A stretch of 64,000 bases of DNA from the human T2T-CHM13v2.0 reference genome, Homo sapiens, in assembly GCF_009914755.1 (NCBI RefSeq), contig NC_060940.1; one strand, written 5' to 3'. Under the pieces are notes generated by a model. The model saw only the letters and a program-made list of their open reading frames with translations, was not told the DNA's origin and made no database searches. This document shows positions 27,101-42,800 of this stretch, in pieces; within the stretch, counting starts at the first letter, position 1, and each line of letters starts with the position of its first letter. The position numbers and the translations under genes are program-made.

Positions 27101-30100
27101 ATTCAATTCTATTCCGTTTGATGATTCCATTAGATTCCATTCTATGATGATTCCATTCGAGTCCATTCGAAGATTTCATTCGATTACATTCCATGACGAT
27201 TCCATTCGAGTCCATTCGATGATTCCATTTGAATCCATTCGACGATGATTCCATTTGATGCTATTCGATGATTCCATTGGATTCCATTCGATGATGATTC
27301 CATTCGACTTGATTTGATGTTTCTATTTGAGTCCATTCGGTTATTTTATTAGACTACATTCGATGATGATTCCATTCGATGCCATTCAATGATTCCATTT
27401 GATTCCACTCAATGATGATTGCATTCGTGTCCATTCGATGATTCCATTTGGTTCCATTTGATGATGATTCCATTCGAGTCCATTCGATGATACCATTCAA
27501 TTCCATTCGATGATCATTCCATTCGAATCCATTTGATGATTCCACTCAATTCCATTTGATGACTCCTTTCATTCCCATTCGATGATTCCCTTCATTTCCA
27601 ATTGGATGATCTTTCCATTTGATTCAATATGGTGACTCCATTCTATTATATTCAATGATGATTCCATTCGACTCCATTAGATGATGACTCCATTCCATTC
27701 CATTCGATTGTGATTTCATTCGATTCCATTCGAAGATGATTCCATTCGAGTCCATTTGATGATTCCATTCGATTCCATTCAATGATGATTCCACTCAAAT
27801 CCATTGGATGATTCCATTCGTTTCCAATTGGTGATTTCATTAGATTCCATTCGAGGATGATTCTATTCGAGTCCATTCAATGATTCCATTGGATTCCGTT
27901 TGATAATGATTCCATTAGAGTTCATTCGATGATTCCCTTCGAGTCCATTCGATTATTTCTTTTGATTCCATTTGATGATGATTCCATTCGATTCCATTCA
28001 ATGATTCCATTCCATTCCATTCGATGATGATTCCATTCGATAATGATTACATTCGAGCCCATGTGATGATTCCATTAGATTCTATTCAATGATGATTCCA
28101 TTCGACCACATTCGATGATGGCATTCGAGTCCATTCGATGATTTCACTCGATTCCACTTGATGATGATTCCTTTTGAGTCCATTTGATGATTACATTCGA
28201 GTCCATGAGATGACTCCATTCGATTCCATTTCATGATGATGCAATTCGAGGCTATTCGATCATCCCATTTTAGTGCATTCGGTGATTCTCTTTTATTACA
28301 TTCGATGAGGGCTCCATTCGAGTCCATTCAATGATTCCATTAGATTCCACTCGATGATGATTCCATTTGAGTCCATTCAAAGATTCCTTTCGAGTCCATT
28401 CGATAATTCTATTGGATTCCACTAGGTGATGATTCCTTTCGAGTCAATTCGATGATTCCTTTCAAGTGCCTTCAATGATTCCATTCGATTCCATTCGATG
28501 ACGATTCATTTCAAGTCCATTCAATGGTTCCATTCTGTTGAATTTGATGGTTCCATTTGATTCCATTCGATGATGATTCCATTCGTGTCCATTGGATGAT
28601 TCCATTCGATTCCTTTCGAGGAAGATTCCATTCGACTCCATTCGATGATTCCGTTCGATTCCATTCCATGATGATTCCATTTGATTCCATTCCATGATTC
28701 CATTCGATACCATTCGATGATGATTCCATTCGACTCCATTTGATGAATCCATTCAATGCTTCCATTCGAGTCCATTCGATGATTCCATTCGATTCCATTC
28801 CATGAAGATTCCATTCGAGTACATTTGATGATTCCATTTAATTCCATAGGATGATGATTCTATTAGGGTCCGTTGACTATTCCATTCAATTCCATTCGAA
28901 GATTCCATTCGAGTCCACTCGATGATTCTATTTGATTCCATTTGATAATTCCATTCGATTCCATTTGATGTTGATTCCATTCGAGTCCATTCGATCATTA
29001 TTACATTTGATTCTATTCGATGATTCCATTCGATTCCATTTGATGAGGATTCCATTCGAGACCATTTGATGATTCCATTCAATTCCATTGGATGATTCCA
29101 ATATTTTCCATTAGATGATGATTCCATTCGATTCCATTCAATGATGATTCCATCAGAATCCATTCGATGATGACTCCTTTTGCTTCCATTCAATGATCAT
29201 TACATTCGGTTCCATTCGATGATGATTCCTTTGGATTCCATTCGATGATGCTTCCATTCGATTCCATTTGATGATGATTCTTTTCGATTCCATTTGATGA
29301 TGATTCCATTTGATTCCATTCGATGGTGATTCCATTTGATGATTCCATTCGATTGTATTCGATGATGATTCCACTCGATTCTATTTGATGATGACTGCAT
29401 TCGATTCCATTTGATGATTCCATTTGATTCCATTCGATGATGATTCTGATCAATTGCATTCGATGATCCATTCGATTCCATTTGATGGTTCCATTTGATT
29501 CCATTTGATAATGATTCCTTTCGAGTCCATTCGATGATTCCATTTGCGGATATTCGATAATTCCATTTGAGTCCAACCGATGATTCCATTCGAGGCCATT
29601 CAATCATTCTTTTTGAGTCCTTTCGATAAAGATTCCATTTTAGTCCATTCAATAATTCCACTGGAGTCCATTCGATGATTGCTTTTAATTCCATTCGATG
29701 ATATTCCATTCGAGTCCATTCGATGATTCCATTCGTTGCTATTAGATGATGATTCCATTCATGACCATTTGGTGATTCCATTCGATTTCATTCGTTGATG
29801 ATTCCATTCGAGTCCATTCCATGATTCCATTCAAGTCCATTTGATGATTTCTTTGAATTCAATTCGATGATGATTCCATTCGAGTCCATTCGATGATTCC
29901 ATTCAGTTCCATTCGATGATGATTCCTTTCGAGACCATATGATGATTCCATTTGATTTCATTCGATGATGATTCCATTCGATTCCATTCGATGATTCCAT
30001 TCTATTCCATTCGATGATGATTCCATTCGAGTCCATTTAATGATTCCATTGGGTTCAATTCAATGATGATTACATTGGATTCTCTTCTATGATACCATTC

Positions 30101-33100
30101 AATTCCGTTCATTGACAATTTGATTCCATTCGATGATGATTCCATTTGAGTTCATTCGATGATTCTATTCGATTCTCTTCGATGGTGATTCAATTCTATT
30201 ATATTGGATGATTCCATTCGATTCCATTTGATGTTGATTCAATTCGATTCTATTCGATGATGATTCCATTGGATTTCATTTGATGATTCTATTCGATTCC
30301 ATTCAATGATGATTCACTTCTCGTCCATTGGATGATTCCATTTCATTCCATTCGATGATGATTCCATTCGATTCCATTCGATGATTCCATTTGATTCCAT
30401 TCGACGGTGAGCAATTCGATTCAATTCCATGATGATTCTATTTGATTCAGTTAGATGATGTTTCCATTCGAATCCATTCCATGATTATTCCATTGGAATC
30501 CATTCGGCGATGATTCCATATGAGTCAATTCAATGATGCTTCCATATGGGTCAGTTCGATGATAATTCCATTTGATTTCATTCGATGCTTCTATTCAATT
30601 CCAGTCGATGATGATTCCGTTGGAGTCCATACGATGACTCCATTTGATTTCATTTGATGATGATTCCATTCGATTCCATTCGATGACTCCATTCTGTTCC
30701 ATTCGATGATGATTCCATTCGAGTCCATTCGATGATTCCATTCGAGTCCATTTCATGATTCCATTGGGTTCAATTCGATGATGATTACACTGGATTCCAT
30801 TCTATGATTCCATTCAATTCCATTCGTTGATGATTCGATTCCATTCAATGATGATTCCATTTGAGTTCATTCGATGATTCTATTCGATTCCGTTCGATGG
30901 TGATTCAATTCTATTATATTGGATGATTCCATTCGATTCCATTTGATGATGATTCCATTCGATTCCATTCGATGATGATTCCATTTGATTCCATTTGATG
31001 TTGATTCTATTCGATTCTATTCAATGATGATTCCATTCGATTTCATTTGATGATTCTATTGGATTCCTTTCGATGATTCTATTCCATTCCATTCGATGAT
31101 GATTCAATTCTCTTCCATTGGATGATTCCATTTTATTCCATTCGACGATGACTCCATTTGATTCCATTCAATGATGATTCCATTCGATTCCATTCGGTGA
31201 TTCCATTTGATTCCATTCGACGGTGAGCAATTTGATTCAATTCCATAATGATTCTATTTGATTCAATTAGATGATGTTTCCATTCGAATCCATTCGGTGA
31301 TGATTCCATTGGTATCCATTCGACGATGATTCCATATGAGTCAATTCGATGATGATTCCATACGAGTCCGTTGGATGATAATTCCATTTGATTTCATTCA
31401 ATCCTTCTATTCGATTCCATTTGATGATGATTCCATCTGAATCCATTCTCCGATTCCATTCGATTTCATTCGATGCTTCTATTTGATTTCATTCGAAGAT
31501 GATTCCTTTCAATTCCGTTCATTAATTCCATTTGATTCCATTCGATGATGATTCCATCCGATTCCATTGGATGATGATTCCATTCGAGTCCATTCGATGA
31601 TTCCGTTCTAATCCATTCTATGATTCCATTCGAGTCCATTCGATGATTCCATTCGATTCCATTCAGTGATGATTCCATTTGATTCCATCTGATGATGATT
31701 TCATTTGATTCCATTCGATGATGATTCCATTGGAGTCCATTGAATGATTCAATTCAATTCCATTCCATGTGGATTCCATTCGAATTCATTCGATTATTCC
31801 ATTCAAATCCCTTCGTTGATTCCATCTGATTCCACTTGACGATGATTCCATTCAAGTCCAATCGATGATTCCATTCGGTTCCATTCAATGATTCCATTCG
31901 AGTCCATTTATGTATTATATTCGTGTCCACTTGATGACTCCATTCAATTCCATTTAATGATGATTCCATTTGATTCCATTTGATGATTCAGTTCGATTCC
32001 TTACAATGATTCCCTACGATTCCTTTCTATGATGATTCCATTCGATTCCATTCATTGATGATTCCATTCGACTCCATTCAATGATGATTCCTTTCGATTC
32101 CATTTGACGATGTTTCCATTTGAGTCCATTCGATGATGATTCCATTGGTATCCATTCGACGATGATTCCATATGAGTCAATTCGATGATGATTCCATACG
32201 AGTCCGTTGGATGATAATTCCATTTGATTTCATTCAATCCTTCTATTCGATTCCATTTGATGATGATTCCATCTGAATCCATTCTCCGATTCCATTCGAT
32301 TTCATTCGATGCTTCTATTTGATTTCATTCGAAGATGATTCCTTTCAATTCCATTCATTAATTCCATTTGATTCCATTTGATGATGATTCCATCCGATTC
32401 CATTGGATGATGATTCCATTCGAGTCCATTCGATGATTCCGTTCTAATCCATTCTATGATTCCATTCGAGTCCATTCGATTATTCCATTCGATTCCATTC
32501 AGTGATGATTCCATTTGATTCCATCGGATGATGATTTCATTTGATTCCATTCGATGATGATTCCATTGGAGTCCATTGAATGATTCAATTCAATTCCATT
32601 CCATGTGGATTCCATTCGAATTCATTCGATTATTCCATTCAAATCCCTTCGTTGATTCCATCTGATTCCACTTGACGATGATTCCATTCAAGTCCAATCG
32701 ATGATTCCATTCGGTTCCATTCAATGATTCCATTCGAGTCCATTTATGTATTATATTCGTGTCCACTTGATGACTCACTCCATTCAATTCCATTTAATGA
32801 TGATTCCATTTGATTCCATTTGATGATTCAGTTCGATTCCTTACAATGATTCCCTACGATTCCTTTCTATGATGATTCCATTCGATTCCATTCATTGATG
32901 ATTCCATTCGACTCCATTCGATGATGATTCCTTTCGATTCCATTTGACGATGTTTCCATTTGAGTCCATTCGATGATGATTCAATTCAGTTCTGTTCTAT
33001 TATGAATCCATTCGATTTCATTCAATGCTTCTATTTGATTCCATTCGACGATGATTCCATCTCTTTCCCTTCGATGTTTCCATTTGATTCCATTCAGTGA

Positions 33101-36100
33101 TGATTCCATTTGATTCCATCTGATGATGATTTCACTTGATTCATTTCAATGATGATTCCATTCAAGTCCATTCGATGATTCCATTGGAGTCCAAACGATC
33201 ATTCCATTCGATTCCATTCAATGATGATTCCATTCATGTCCATTCAATGAATCCTTTCAATTCCATTCGATGATGACTCCATTCGAGTACATTCGATGAT
33301 TCCATTTGATTCCATTTGATGATGATTACATTCAATTCCATTCGAAGATGATTCCATTCAATTCCACTTGATGATGATTCCGTATGAATCCATTCGCTGA
33401 TTATTCCATTCGATTCCATTCATTGACGATTCCATTCGATTCCATTCAATGATGATTCTCTTCTATTCCATTCGATGATTCCGGTCGATTCCATTCGATG
33501 ATGATTCCATTAGATTCCATTCGATTGTTGCATTCGATTCCCTTCGATGATGATTCCTTTGAATTCCATTCGATTATGATTCCGTATGAATCCATTTGAT
33601 GATTATTCCATTGGATTCCTTTCGATGATGATTCCATTCGATTCCATTTGATGATGTTTCTCATGTATTCCATTTGATAATTCCTTTCAATTCCCTTCGA
33701 TGATGATTCTTTCGAGTCAATTCGATGATTCTATTCCATTCCCTTCGATGATGATTCCATTTCACTCCATTCGATGATTCCATTCGATTCAATTTGGTGA
33801 TGATTCAATTCGATGACATTCGATGACTCCATTCAATTTCATTTGATGATGATTACATTCGAGTCCATTTGATGATTGTATTCCTTTCCTTTTGATGATT
33901 ATTCCATTCGTGTCTATTCAAAGATTCCATTCTATTCCATTCAATGATGATTCCAATTGATTCCATTCAATGATTATGGCTATCGATTCCACTCGTTGAT
34001 TCCATTTGATTCCATTCGATGATTATTCCGTTAGATTCCATTAGGAGATTCCATTCGATTTTATTCAATGATTCCAATTGATTCCATTCAATGATGATTC
34101 CATTCGACTCCATTCAGTGATTCCATTTGAGTCCATTTGATGATTCCATTCGAGTCCATTTGATGATTCCATTCTTTTCCATTTGATGATGATTCCATTA
34201 GGGTCCATTCAATGATTCCATTCGAGTCCATTCGTTAATGCCTTTCGAGTCCTTTTGATCACTACATTCGAGTCCATTCAATGATTCTATTCGATTCCAT
34301 TCCATGATGATTCCATTCGAGTTCATTCGATGATTGCATTCGAGTCCATTTGATGATTCCATATGATTCCATTCGACAATGATTCCATTCGTGTCCATTT
34401 GATGATTCCATTCATTTCCTATCGATGAAGATTCCATTCGAGTGTATTCGATGATTCCATTCAAATCCATTCGATGATGATTCCATTCCAGTCCATTCGA
34501 TCATTCCACTTGATTCCATTTGATGACTATTCCATTCAAATCCATTTGATGATTCCATTCGATTCCATTCGATGTTACCATTCCAGTATATACGATGATT
34601 CCACTCGATTCCATTTGATGATTATTCCATTGGAGTCGACTTAGTGAATCCTTTAGATTCTACTCGAAGATGATTCCATTCGAGTCCATTCGATGATACC
34701 ATTCAATTCCATTCGTTGATGCTTCCATTCAAGTGCATTCGATGATATCATTCGATTCCATTTGATGATAATTCCATTTGATTCCATGTGATGATTCTAT
34801 TCCATTCCATTCAATGATAATTCCATTCAATTCAGTGATTCCTCTGGACTCCATTTGATGATGATTCCATTCAATGATTCCATTCGATTCTATTCGAAAA
34901 TGATTCCATTTGAATCCATTTGATGATGATTCCATTCGATTCCATTTGATGATTCCATTCGATTCCATTCGACGATGATTCCATTCGATTCCATTTGATG
35001 ATTCCATTCTATTCTATTCGATGATGATTCCATTCGATTCCATTCGATGATGATTGGATTCGATTCCATTTGATGATTTCATTTGATTCCATTCGATGAT
35101 GATTTCGATCAACTCCATTCGATGATTCCATTCGATTCCATTTGATAATGATTACATCCGAGTCCATTCGATGATTCCATTTGAGCCCGTTCGATAATTC
35201 CATTTGAGTCCAATCAATGATTCCATTCATTTCCATTCAATGATTCCATTCGAGTCCATTTGATCATTCCGGTAGGGTCCGTTCGATGTTGATTCCATTG
35301 GAGTGCATTCGATGATTCCATTCGAGTCCATTTTAGGATTTGATTCGAGTCCTTTCGATGATTCCATTCGATTCCACTCGATGCGATGATGATTTCATTC
35401 GAGTCCATTCGACACTTCCAATCGATTCCATTTGATGTTTCCATTCGAGTCCAATTGATGATTCCATTCAATTCCATTCGATGATGATTCCGTACGATTC
35501 CATTCTGTGATGATTCCATGTGATTGCATTCAATGATGATTCCTTTCGATTGCATTCGATTATGATTCATTTCGTGTTCATTCTATGGTTCCACAGGTTT
35601 CACATCGTGTCCATTCCATTATTCCATTCTATTCCATTTGATGATGATTCCATTCGATTCCATTCATTGGTGATTCCACTCAATTCCATTCAATGATTCC
35701 ATTCCATTTCTTTCAACAATGATTCCATTAGTTTCTAATCGATGATCCACTTGATTCCATTTGACGGTGATTCCATTCTTGTCCATTCGATGATTCCATT
35801 TGATTCCATATGATGATGATTCCATTCGATTCCATACGATGATGATTCCATTCGAGTCCATTCAATGGTGATTCCATTCAATTCCATTCGGTGATTCCTT
35901 TCGATTCCATTTGATGATGATGGCATTCGATTCCTTTCAATCATTCCCTTTGATTCCACTCAAAGGTGATTTCATTCAAGTCCATTCGATAATTGCATTC
36001 GATTCCATTCTATGATGATTCCATTCGAGTCCATTTGATGATTCCATTCAATTCAAGTCAATGATGATTCCATTCGATTCCATTCGATGATTCCATTGGA

Positions 36101-36815
36101 TTCCATTCGATGATGATTCCATTCAAATCCATTCGATAATTCAATTCACGTCCATTCGATGATGATTCCAATCGAATCCATTCAAAGATTCCATTCAATT
36201 CCATTCGATGATTCCCTTAGATTCCATTCGATGATTCCACTTGATTCCATTTACGATGATTCCATTCGATTCCATGTGATGATTCCATTCAATTCTATTC
36301 AATGATGCTTCCATTTGATTCCATTCGACCATGATTGCCTTTGATTCCATTCAATGATTCCATTCGGTTCCGTTTGATGATGATTCCGTTCGATTCCATT
36401 TGATGATTCCATTTGATTCCATTGGATGAGTCCATTCGATTACATTCGATGATTATTCCATTCGAGTGCATTAGATGATTCCATTCGAGTCCATTCGATC
36501 ATTCCATTCGAGTCCATTCGATGATTCCATTCGATTCCATTCGATGTTGATTCTGTTCAAATCCATTCGATGATTCCACTCGATTCCATTCGATGACTCC
36601 ATTTGATCCCATTCTATGATTTCCTTTGATTCCCTTTGATGATCATTCCATTTGATTCAATTCGGTGATTTCATTTGATTCCATTCAGTGCTGTTTCCAT
36701 TCGACTCCACTCGATGATGATTCCATTCGACTACATTCGATTATGATTTCATTCAATTCCATTCGATAAAGATTCCCTTCGAGTCCAATCGATGATTCCA
36801 TTCGATTCCATTCAA
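24151..36815 (+). repeat. 12,665-bp HSat2 higher-order repeat unit, copy 1
   Basis: GATTTGATTCGTGTCC 24155/36820. ORF ends 25010/37675, 27354/40019, 29200/41865 and 34729/47394 are all offset by 12665. Confidence 0.93.
31300..32982 (+). repeat. Nested ~836-bp tandem duplication inside the 12,665-bp unit (copy 1)
   Basis: GGTATCCATT at 31311 and 32147 (+836). ORF ends 31466/32302 and 31754/32590. The offset becomes 840 after a 4-bp CTCA insertion near 32775. Confidence 0.9.
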
Positions 36816-39800
36816 CGATGATTTGATTCGTGTCCATTCGATGATTCCATTTGATTCCACTTGATGAGGATTCCATTCGGGTCCATTTGATGATTCCATT
36901 CAATTCCATTCTCCGATGATTTCTTTTGAGCCCATTCAATGCTTCCACTCGATTACATATGATGATGACTCCATTCGATGAAACTCGATGATGATTCCAT
37001 TCGCTTGCATTCGATGATGATTCCACTTGAGTCCGTTAGAAGATTCTATTCAATTACATTCCATGACGATTCCGTTCGAGTCCATTTGATGATTCCATTA
37101 CACTCCATTCGACAATGATTCCATTCAATGTTATTCGATGATTCCATTCGATCTCATTCGATGATGATTCCATTCAACTCCATTCGATGTTTCCATTCGA
37201 GTTCATTCTATTATTCCATTAGATTCCATTCGATGATGATTCCATTCGATTCCATTTGATGATTGCATTCTATTTCATTTGATGATGATTCCATTCGAGT
37301 CCATTCGATGATTCCATTCGAGTCCATTTAATGAATCCATTGGTTTCAATTCTATGATGATTATATTGGATTCCATTCGTTGATGATTTCATTCGATTCC
37401 ATTCAATGATGATTCCATTCAATTCCATTCAATGATTCCATTCAATTCCATACGATGATGATTCCATTTGATTTGATTCGACAGTGAGCCATTCGATTCA
37501 ATTCCATGATGATTCTATTTGATTCACTTGGTTGACATTTCCATTCGGTTCCATTCGATGATGATTCCATTTGATTCCATTCAAAGATGATTCCATTCTA
37601 GCCCATTCAATCATTCCATTCGATTCTATTCAATGATGATTCCATTCATGTCGATTTGGTGATTCCATTTGACTTCATTTGATGATGATTCCTTTCAAGT
37701 TCATTAGATGATTCCATTCGATTCCATTTGATGATGATCCCATTCGAGTCCATTCAGTGATTCCACTCGTTTCCATTCCATGATGATTCCATTCCATTCC
37801 ATTCAATGATTCCATTCGATTCCGTTTGATGATGATTTCATTCGAGTCCATTTGATGATTCCATTTGATTCCATTCGATGATGATTCCATTCGAGTCCAT
37901 TCGATGATTCTATTCGAATCCATTTGATGATTTCTTTTGATTATATTTGGTGATGATTCCATTGGAGTCCATTCAATGATTCCATTCGATTCCAATCGAT
38001 GGTGGTTCCATTAGAGTCCATTTAATGATTCCATTTGATTCCAGTCTCTGATGTTTACATTCGAGTCCATACGATGATTCCACTCAATTCCATATGATGA
38101 TGATTCCATTCGATTCCATTCGATGATTCCATTCTATTCTATTCAATGGTGATTCCATTCGAGTACATTAGATGATTCCATTCGATTCCATTCAATGATG
38201 ATTCTACTTGTGTCCCTTAGATGATTCCACATGATTCCATTAGATGATGATACTATTTGAGCCCATCCAATGATTCCCTTCGATTCCATTCGATGAGGAT
38301 TCCATTCGATTCAATTCATTGGTGATTCTATTCAATTCAATTCTTTGATTCAATTCCATTCCATTCGACAATGATTCCATTCGATTTCTTTCGATGATTC
38401 CACTCTATTTCACTTGACATTGATTCCATTCGATTCCATTCAATGATTCCATTTGATTCCAGTGGATGATGATTGCCGTCGATTCCATTCGATCACTCCA
38501 TTCTGTTCCATTTGATGATGATTACATTCGATTCCATTTGATGATTCCATCTGATTCTATTCGAGGATTCCATTTGATTCCATTCGATGATGATTCCATT
38601 CGAGTCCATTCGATGGTTTCATTCGAGTACATCCAATGATTCCATTCGAGTCCATTTGATGATTCCATTTCATTCCATTTGATTATGATTCTACTAGAGT
38701 CCATTCAATGACTCCATTCGAGTCCATTCAACAGTTCCATCCGAGTCCATTCGATGATTCCATTCGATTCCATTTGATGATTCCATTCGAGTCCATTTAA
38801 TCATTACAGTCGAGTCCATTTGGTGATTCCACTGGATTTCTTTTGATAATGATACCATTCAATTACATTTGATGATGATCCCATTCAATTTCATTTGATG
38901 ATGATTCCATTAGAGTCCATTCCATGATTTCATTCGAGTCCCTTCATTGATTCCATCCGATTTCATTTCATGATGACTCCATTCGAGTCCATTCGATGAT
39001 TCCACTCGATTCCATTAGATGATTCCATTGGAGTCCATTTGATTGTTCCATTCGATTCCATTCGATTCCTTTCGAAGATTATTCCATTTGAGTCCATTCG
39101 ATGATGATTCCATTCCATTCCATTCGATGATTCCGTTTGATTCCATTCGATGATTCCCTGCGATTCCTTTCTATGATGATTCCATTCCATTCCATTCAAT
39201 GATTCCATTCGAATCTATTCCATGATGATTCCTTTCGATTCCATTCGCTGATGTTTCCGTTCAATTCCATTCGATGATGATTCCATTCGATTCCATTCAT
39301 TGAGGATTCCATTGGATTCCATTCAATGATGATTCCATTCTATTCCATTCAATGATTGCATTCAATTCCATTCAATGATTATGCCATTAGAGTAAATTCA
39401 ACGATTCCATTCAATACCATTCGATGATGATTCCTTTTGAGTCCATTCAATGATTTCATTCAAGTCCATTTGATGATTCCTTTCAATTCCATTCCATGAT
39501 GATTCCATTCGAGTCCATTCGATGATTCCATTCGATTGCATTCGATGATTCCATTATATTCCATTCAACGATGATTCCATTCGAGTCCATTCGATGATTC
39601 CATTAGAGTACATTTAATGATTGCTTTGTTTTCAATTCGAAGATGATTACATTGGATTCCATTCTATGATTCCATTCGATTCCATTCATTGATGATTCCA
39701 CCCAATTCCATTCGATGATGATTCCATTCGATTTCAATGATTCTACTCGATTCCATTCAATGATGATTCAATTCTATTCCGTTTGATGATTCCATTAGAT

Positions 39801-42800
39801 TCCATTCTATGATGATTCCATTCGAGTCCATTCGAAGATTTCATTCGATTACATTCCATGACGATTCCATTCGAGTCCATTCGATGATTCCATTTGAATC
39901 CATTCGACGATGATTCCATTTGATGCTATTCGATGATTCCATTGGATTCCATTCGATGATGATTCCATTCGACTTGATTTGATGTTTCTATTTGAGTCCA
40001 TTCGGTTATTTTATTAGACTACATTCGATGATGATTCCATTCGATGCCATTCAATGATTCCATTTGATTCCACTCAATGATGATTGCATTCGTGTCCATT
40101 CGATGATTCCATTTGGTTCCATTTGATGATGATTCCATTCGAGTCCATTCGATGATACCATTCAATTCCATTCGATGATCATTCCATTCGAATCCATTTG
40201 ATGATTCCACTCAATTCCATTTGATGACTCCTTTCATTCCCATTCGATGATTCCCTTCAGTTCCAATTGGATGATCTTTCCATTTGATTCAATATGGTGA
40301 CTCCATTCTATTATATTCAATGATGATTCCATTCGACTCCATTAGATGATGACTCCATTCCATTCCATTCGATTGTGATTTCATTCGATTCCATTCGAAG
40401 ATGATTCCATTCGAGTCCATTTGATGATTCCATTCGATTCCATTCAATGATGATTCCACTCAAATCCATTGGATGATTCCATTCGTTTCCAATTGGTGAT
40501 TTCATTAGATTCCATTCGAGGATGATTCTATTCGAGTCCATTCAATGATTCCATTGGATTCCGTTTGATAATGATTCCATTAGAGTTCATTCGATGATTC
40601 CCTTCGAGTCCATTCGATTATTTCTTTTGATTCCATTTGATGATGATTCCATTCGATTCCATTCAATGATTCCATTCCATTCCATTCGATGATGATTCCA
40701 TTCGATAATGATTACATTCGAGCCCATGTGATGATTCCATTAGATTCTATTCAATGATGATTCCATTCGACCACATTCGATGATGGCATTCGAGTCCATT
40801 CGATGATTTCACTCGATTCCACTTGATGATGATTCCTTTTGAGTCCATTTGATGATTACATTCGAGTCCATGAGATGACTCCATTCGATTCCATTTCATG
40901 ATGATGCAATTCGAGGCTATTCGATCATCCCATTTTAGTGCATTCGGTGATTCTCTTTTATTACATTCGATGAGGGCTCCATTCGAGTCCATTCAATGAT
41001 TCCATTAGATTCCACTCGATGATGATTCCATTTGAGTCCATTCAAAGATTCCTTTCGAGTCCATTCGATAATTCTATTGGATTCCACTAGGTGATGATTC
41101 CTTTCGAGTCAATTCGATGATTCCTTTCAAGTGCCTTCAATGATTCCATTCGATTCCATTCGATGACGATTCATTTCAAGTCCATTCAATGGTTCCATTC
41201 TGTTGAATTTGATGGTTCCATTTGATTCCATTCGATGATGATTCCATTCGTGTCCATTGGATGATTCCATTCGATTCCTTTCGAGGAAGATTCCATTCGA
41301 CTCCATTCGATGATTCCGTTCGATTCCATTCCATGATGATTCCATTTGATTCCATTCCATGATTCCATTCGATACCATTCGATGATGATTCCATTCGACT
41401 CCATTTGATGAATCCATTCAATGCTTCCATTCGAGTCCATTCGATGATTCCATTCGATTCCATTCCATGAAGATTCCATTCGAGTACATTTGATGATTCC
41501 ATTTAATTCCATAGGATGATGATTCTATTAGGGTCCGTTGACTATTCCATTCAATTCCATTCGAAGACTCCATTCGAGTCCACTCGATGATTCTATTTGA
41601 TTCCATTTGATAATTCCATTCGATTCCATTTGATGTTGATTCCATTCGAGTCCATTCGATCATTATTACATTTGATTCTATTCGATGATTCCATTCGATT
41701 CCATTTGATGAGGATTCCATTCGAGACCATTTGATGATTCCATTCAATTCCATTGGATGATTCCAATATTTTCCATTAGATGATGATTCCATTCGATTCC
41801 ATTCAATGATGATTCCATCAGAATCCATTCGATGATGACTCCTTTTGCTTCCATTCAATGATCATTACATTCGGTTCCATTCGATGATGATTCCTTTGGA
41901 TTCCATTCGATGATGCTTCCATTCGATTCCATTTGATGATGATTCTTTTCGATTCCATTTGATGATGATTCCATTTGATTCCATTCGATGGTGATTCCAT
42001 TTGATGATTCCATTCGATTGTATTCGATGATGATTCCACTCGATTCTATTTGATGATGACTGCATTCGATTCCATTTGATGATTCCATTTGATTCCATTC
42101 GATGATGATTCTGATCAATTGCATTCGATGATCCATTCGATTCCATTTGATGGTTCCATTTGATTCCATTTGATAATGATTCCTTTCGAGTCCATTCGAT
42201 GATTCCATTTGCGGATATTCGATAATTCCATTTGAGTCCAACCGATGATTCCATTCGAGGCCATTCAATCATTCTTTTTGAGTCCTTTCGATAAAGATTC
42301 CATTTTAGTCCATTCAATAATTCCACTGGAGTCCATTCGATGATTGCTTTTAATTCCATTCGATGATATTCCATTCGAGTCCATTCGATGATTCCATTCG
42401 TTGCTATTAGATGATGATTCCATTCATGACCATTTGGTGATTCCATTCGATTTCATTCGTTGATGATTCCATTCGAGTCCATTCCATGATTCCATTCAAG
42501 TCCATTTGATGATTTCTTTGAATTCAATTCGATGATGATTCCATTCGAGTCCATTCGATGATTCCATTCAGTTCCATTCGATGATGATTCCTTTCGAGAC
42601 CATATGATGATTCCATTTGATTTCATTCGATGATGATTCCATTCGATTCCATTCGATGATTCCATTCTATTCCATTCGATGATGATTCCATTCGAGTCCA
42701 TTTAATGATTCCATTGGGTTCAATTCAATGATGATTACATTGGATTCTCTTCTATGATACCATTCAATTCCGTTCATTGACAATTTGATTCCATTCGATG

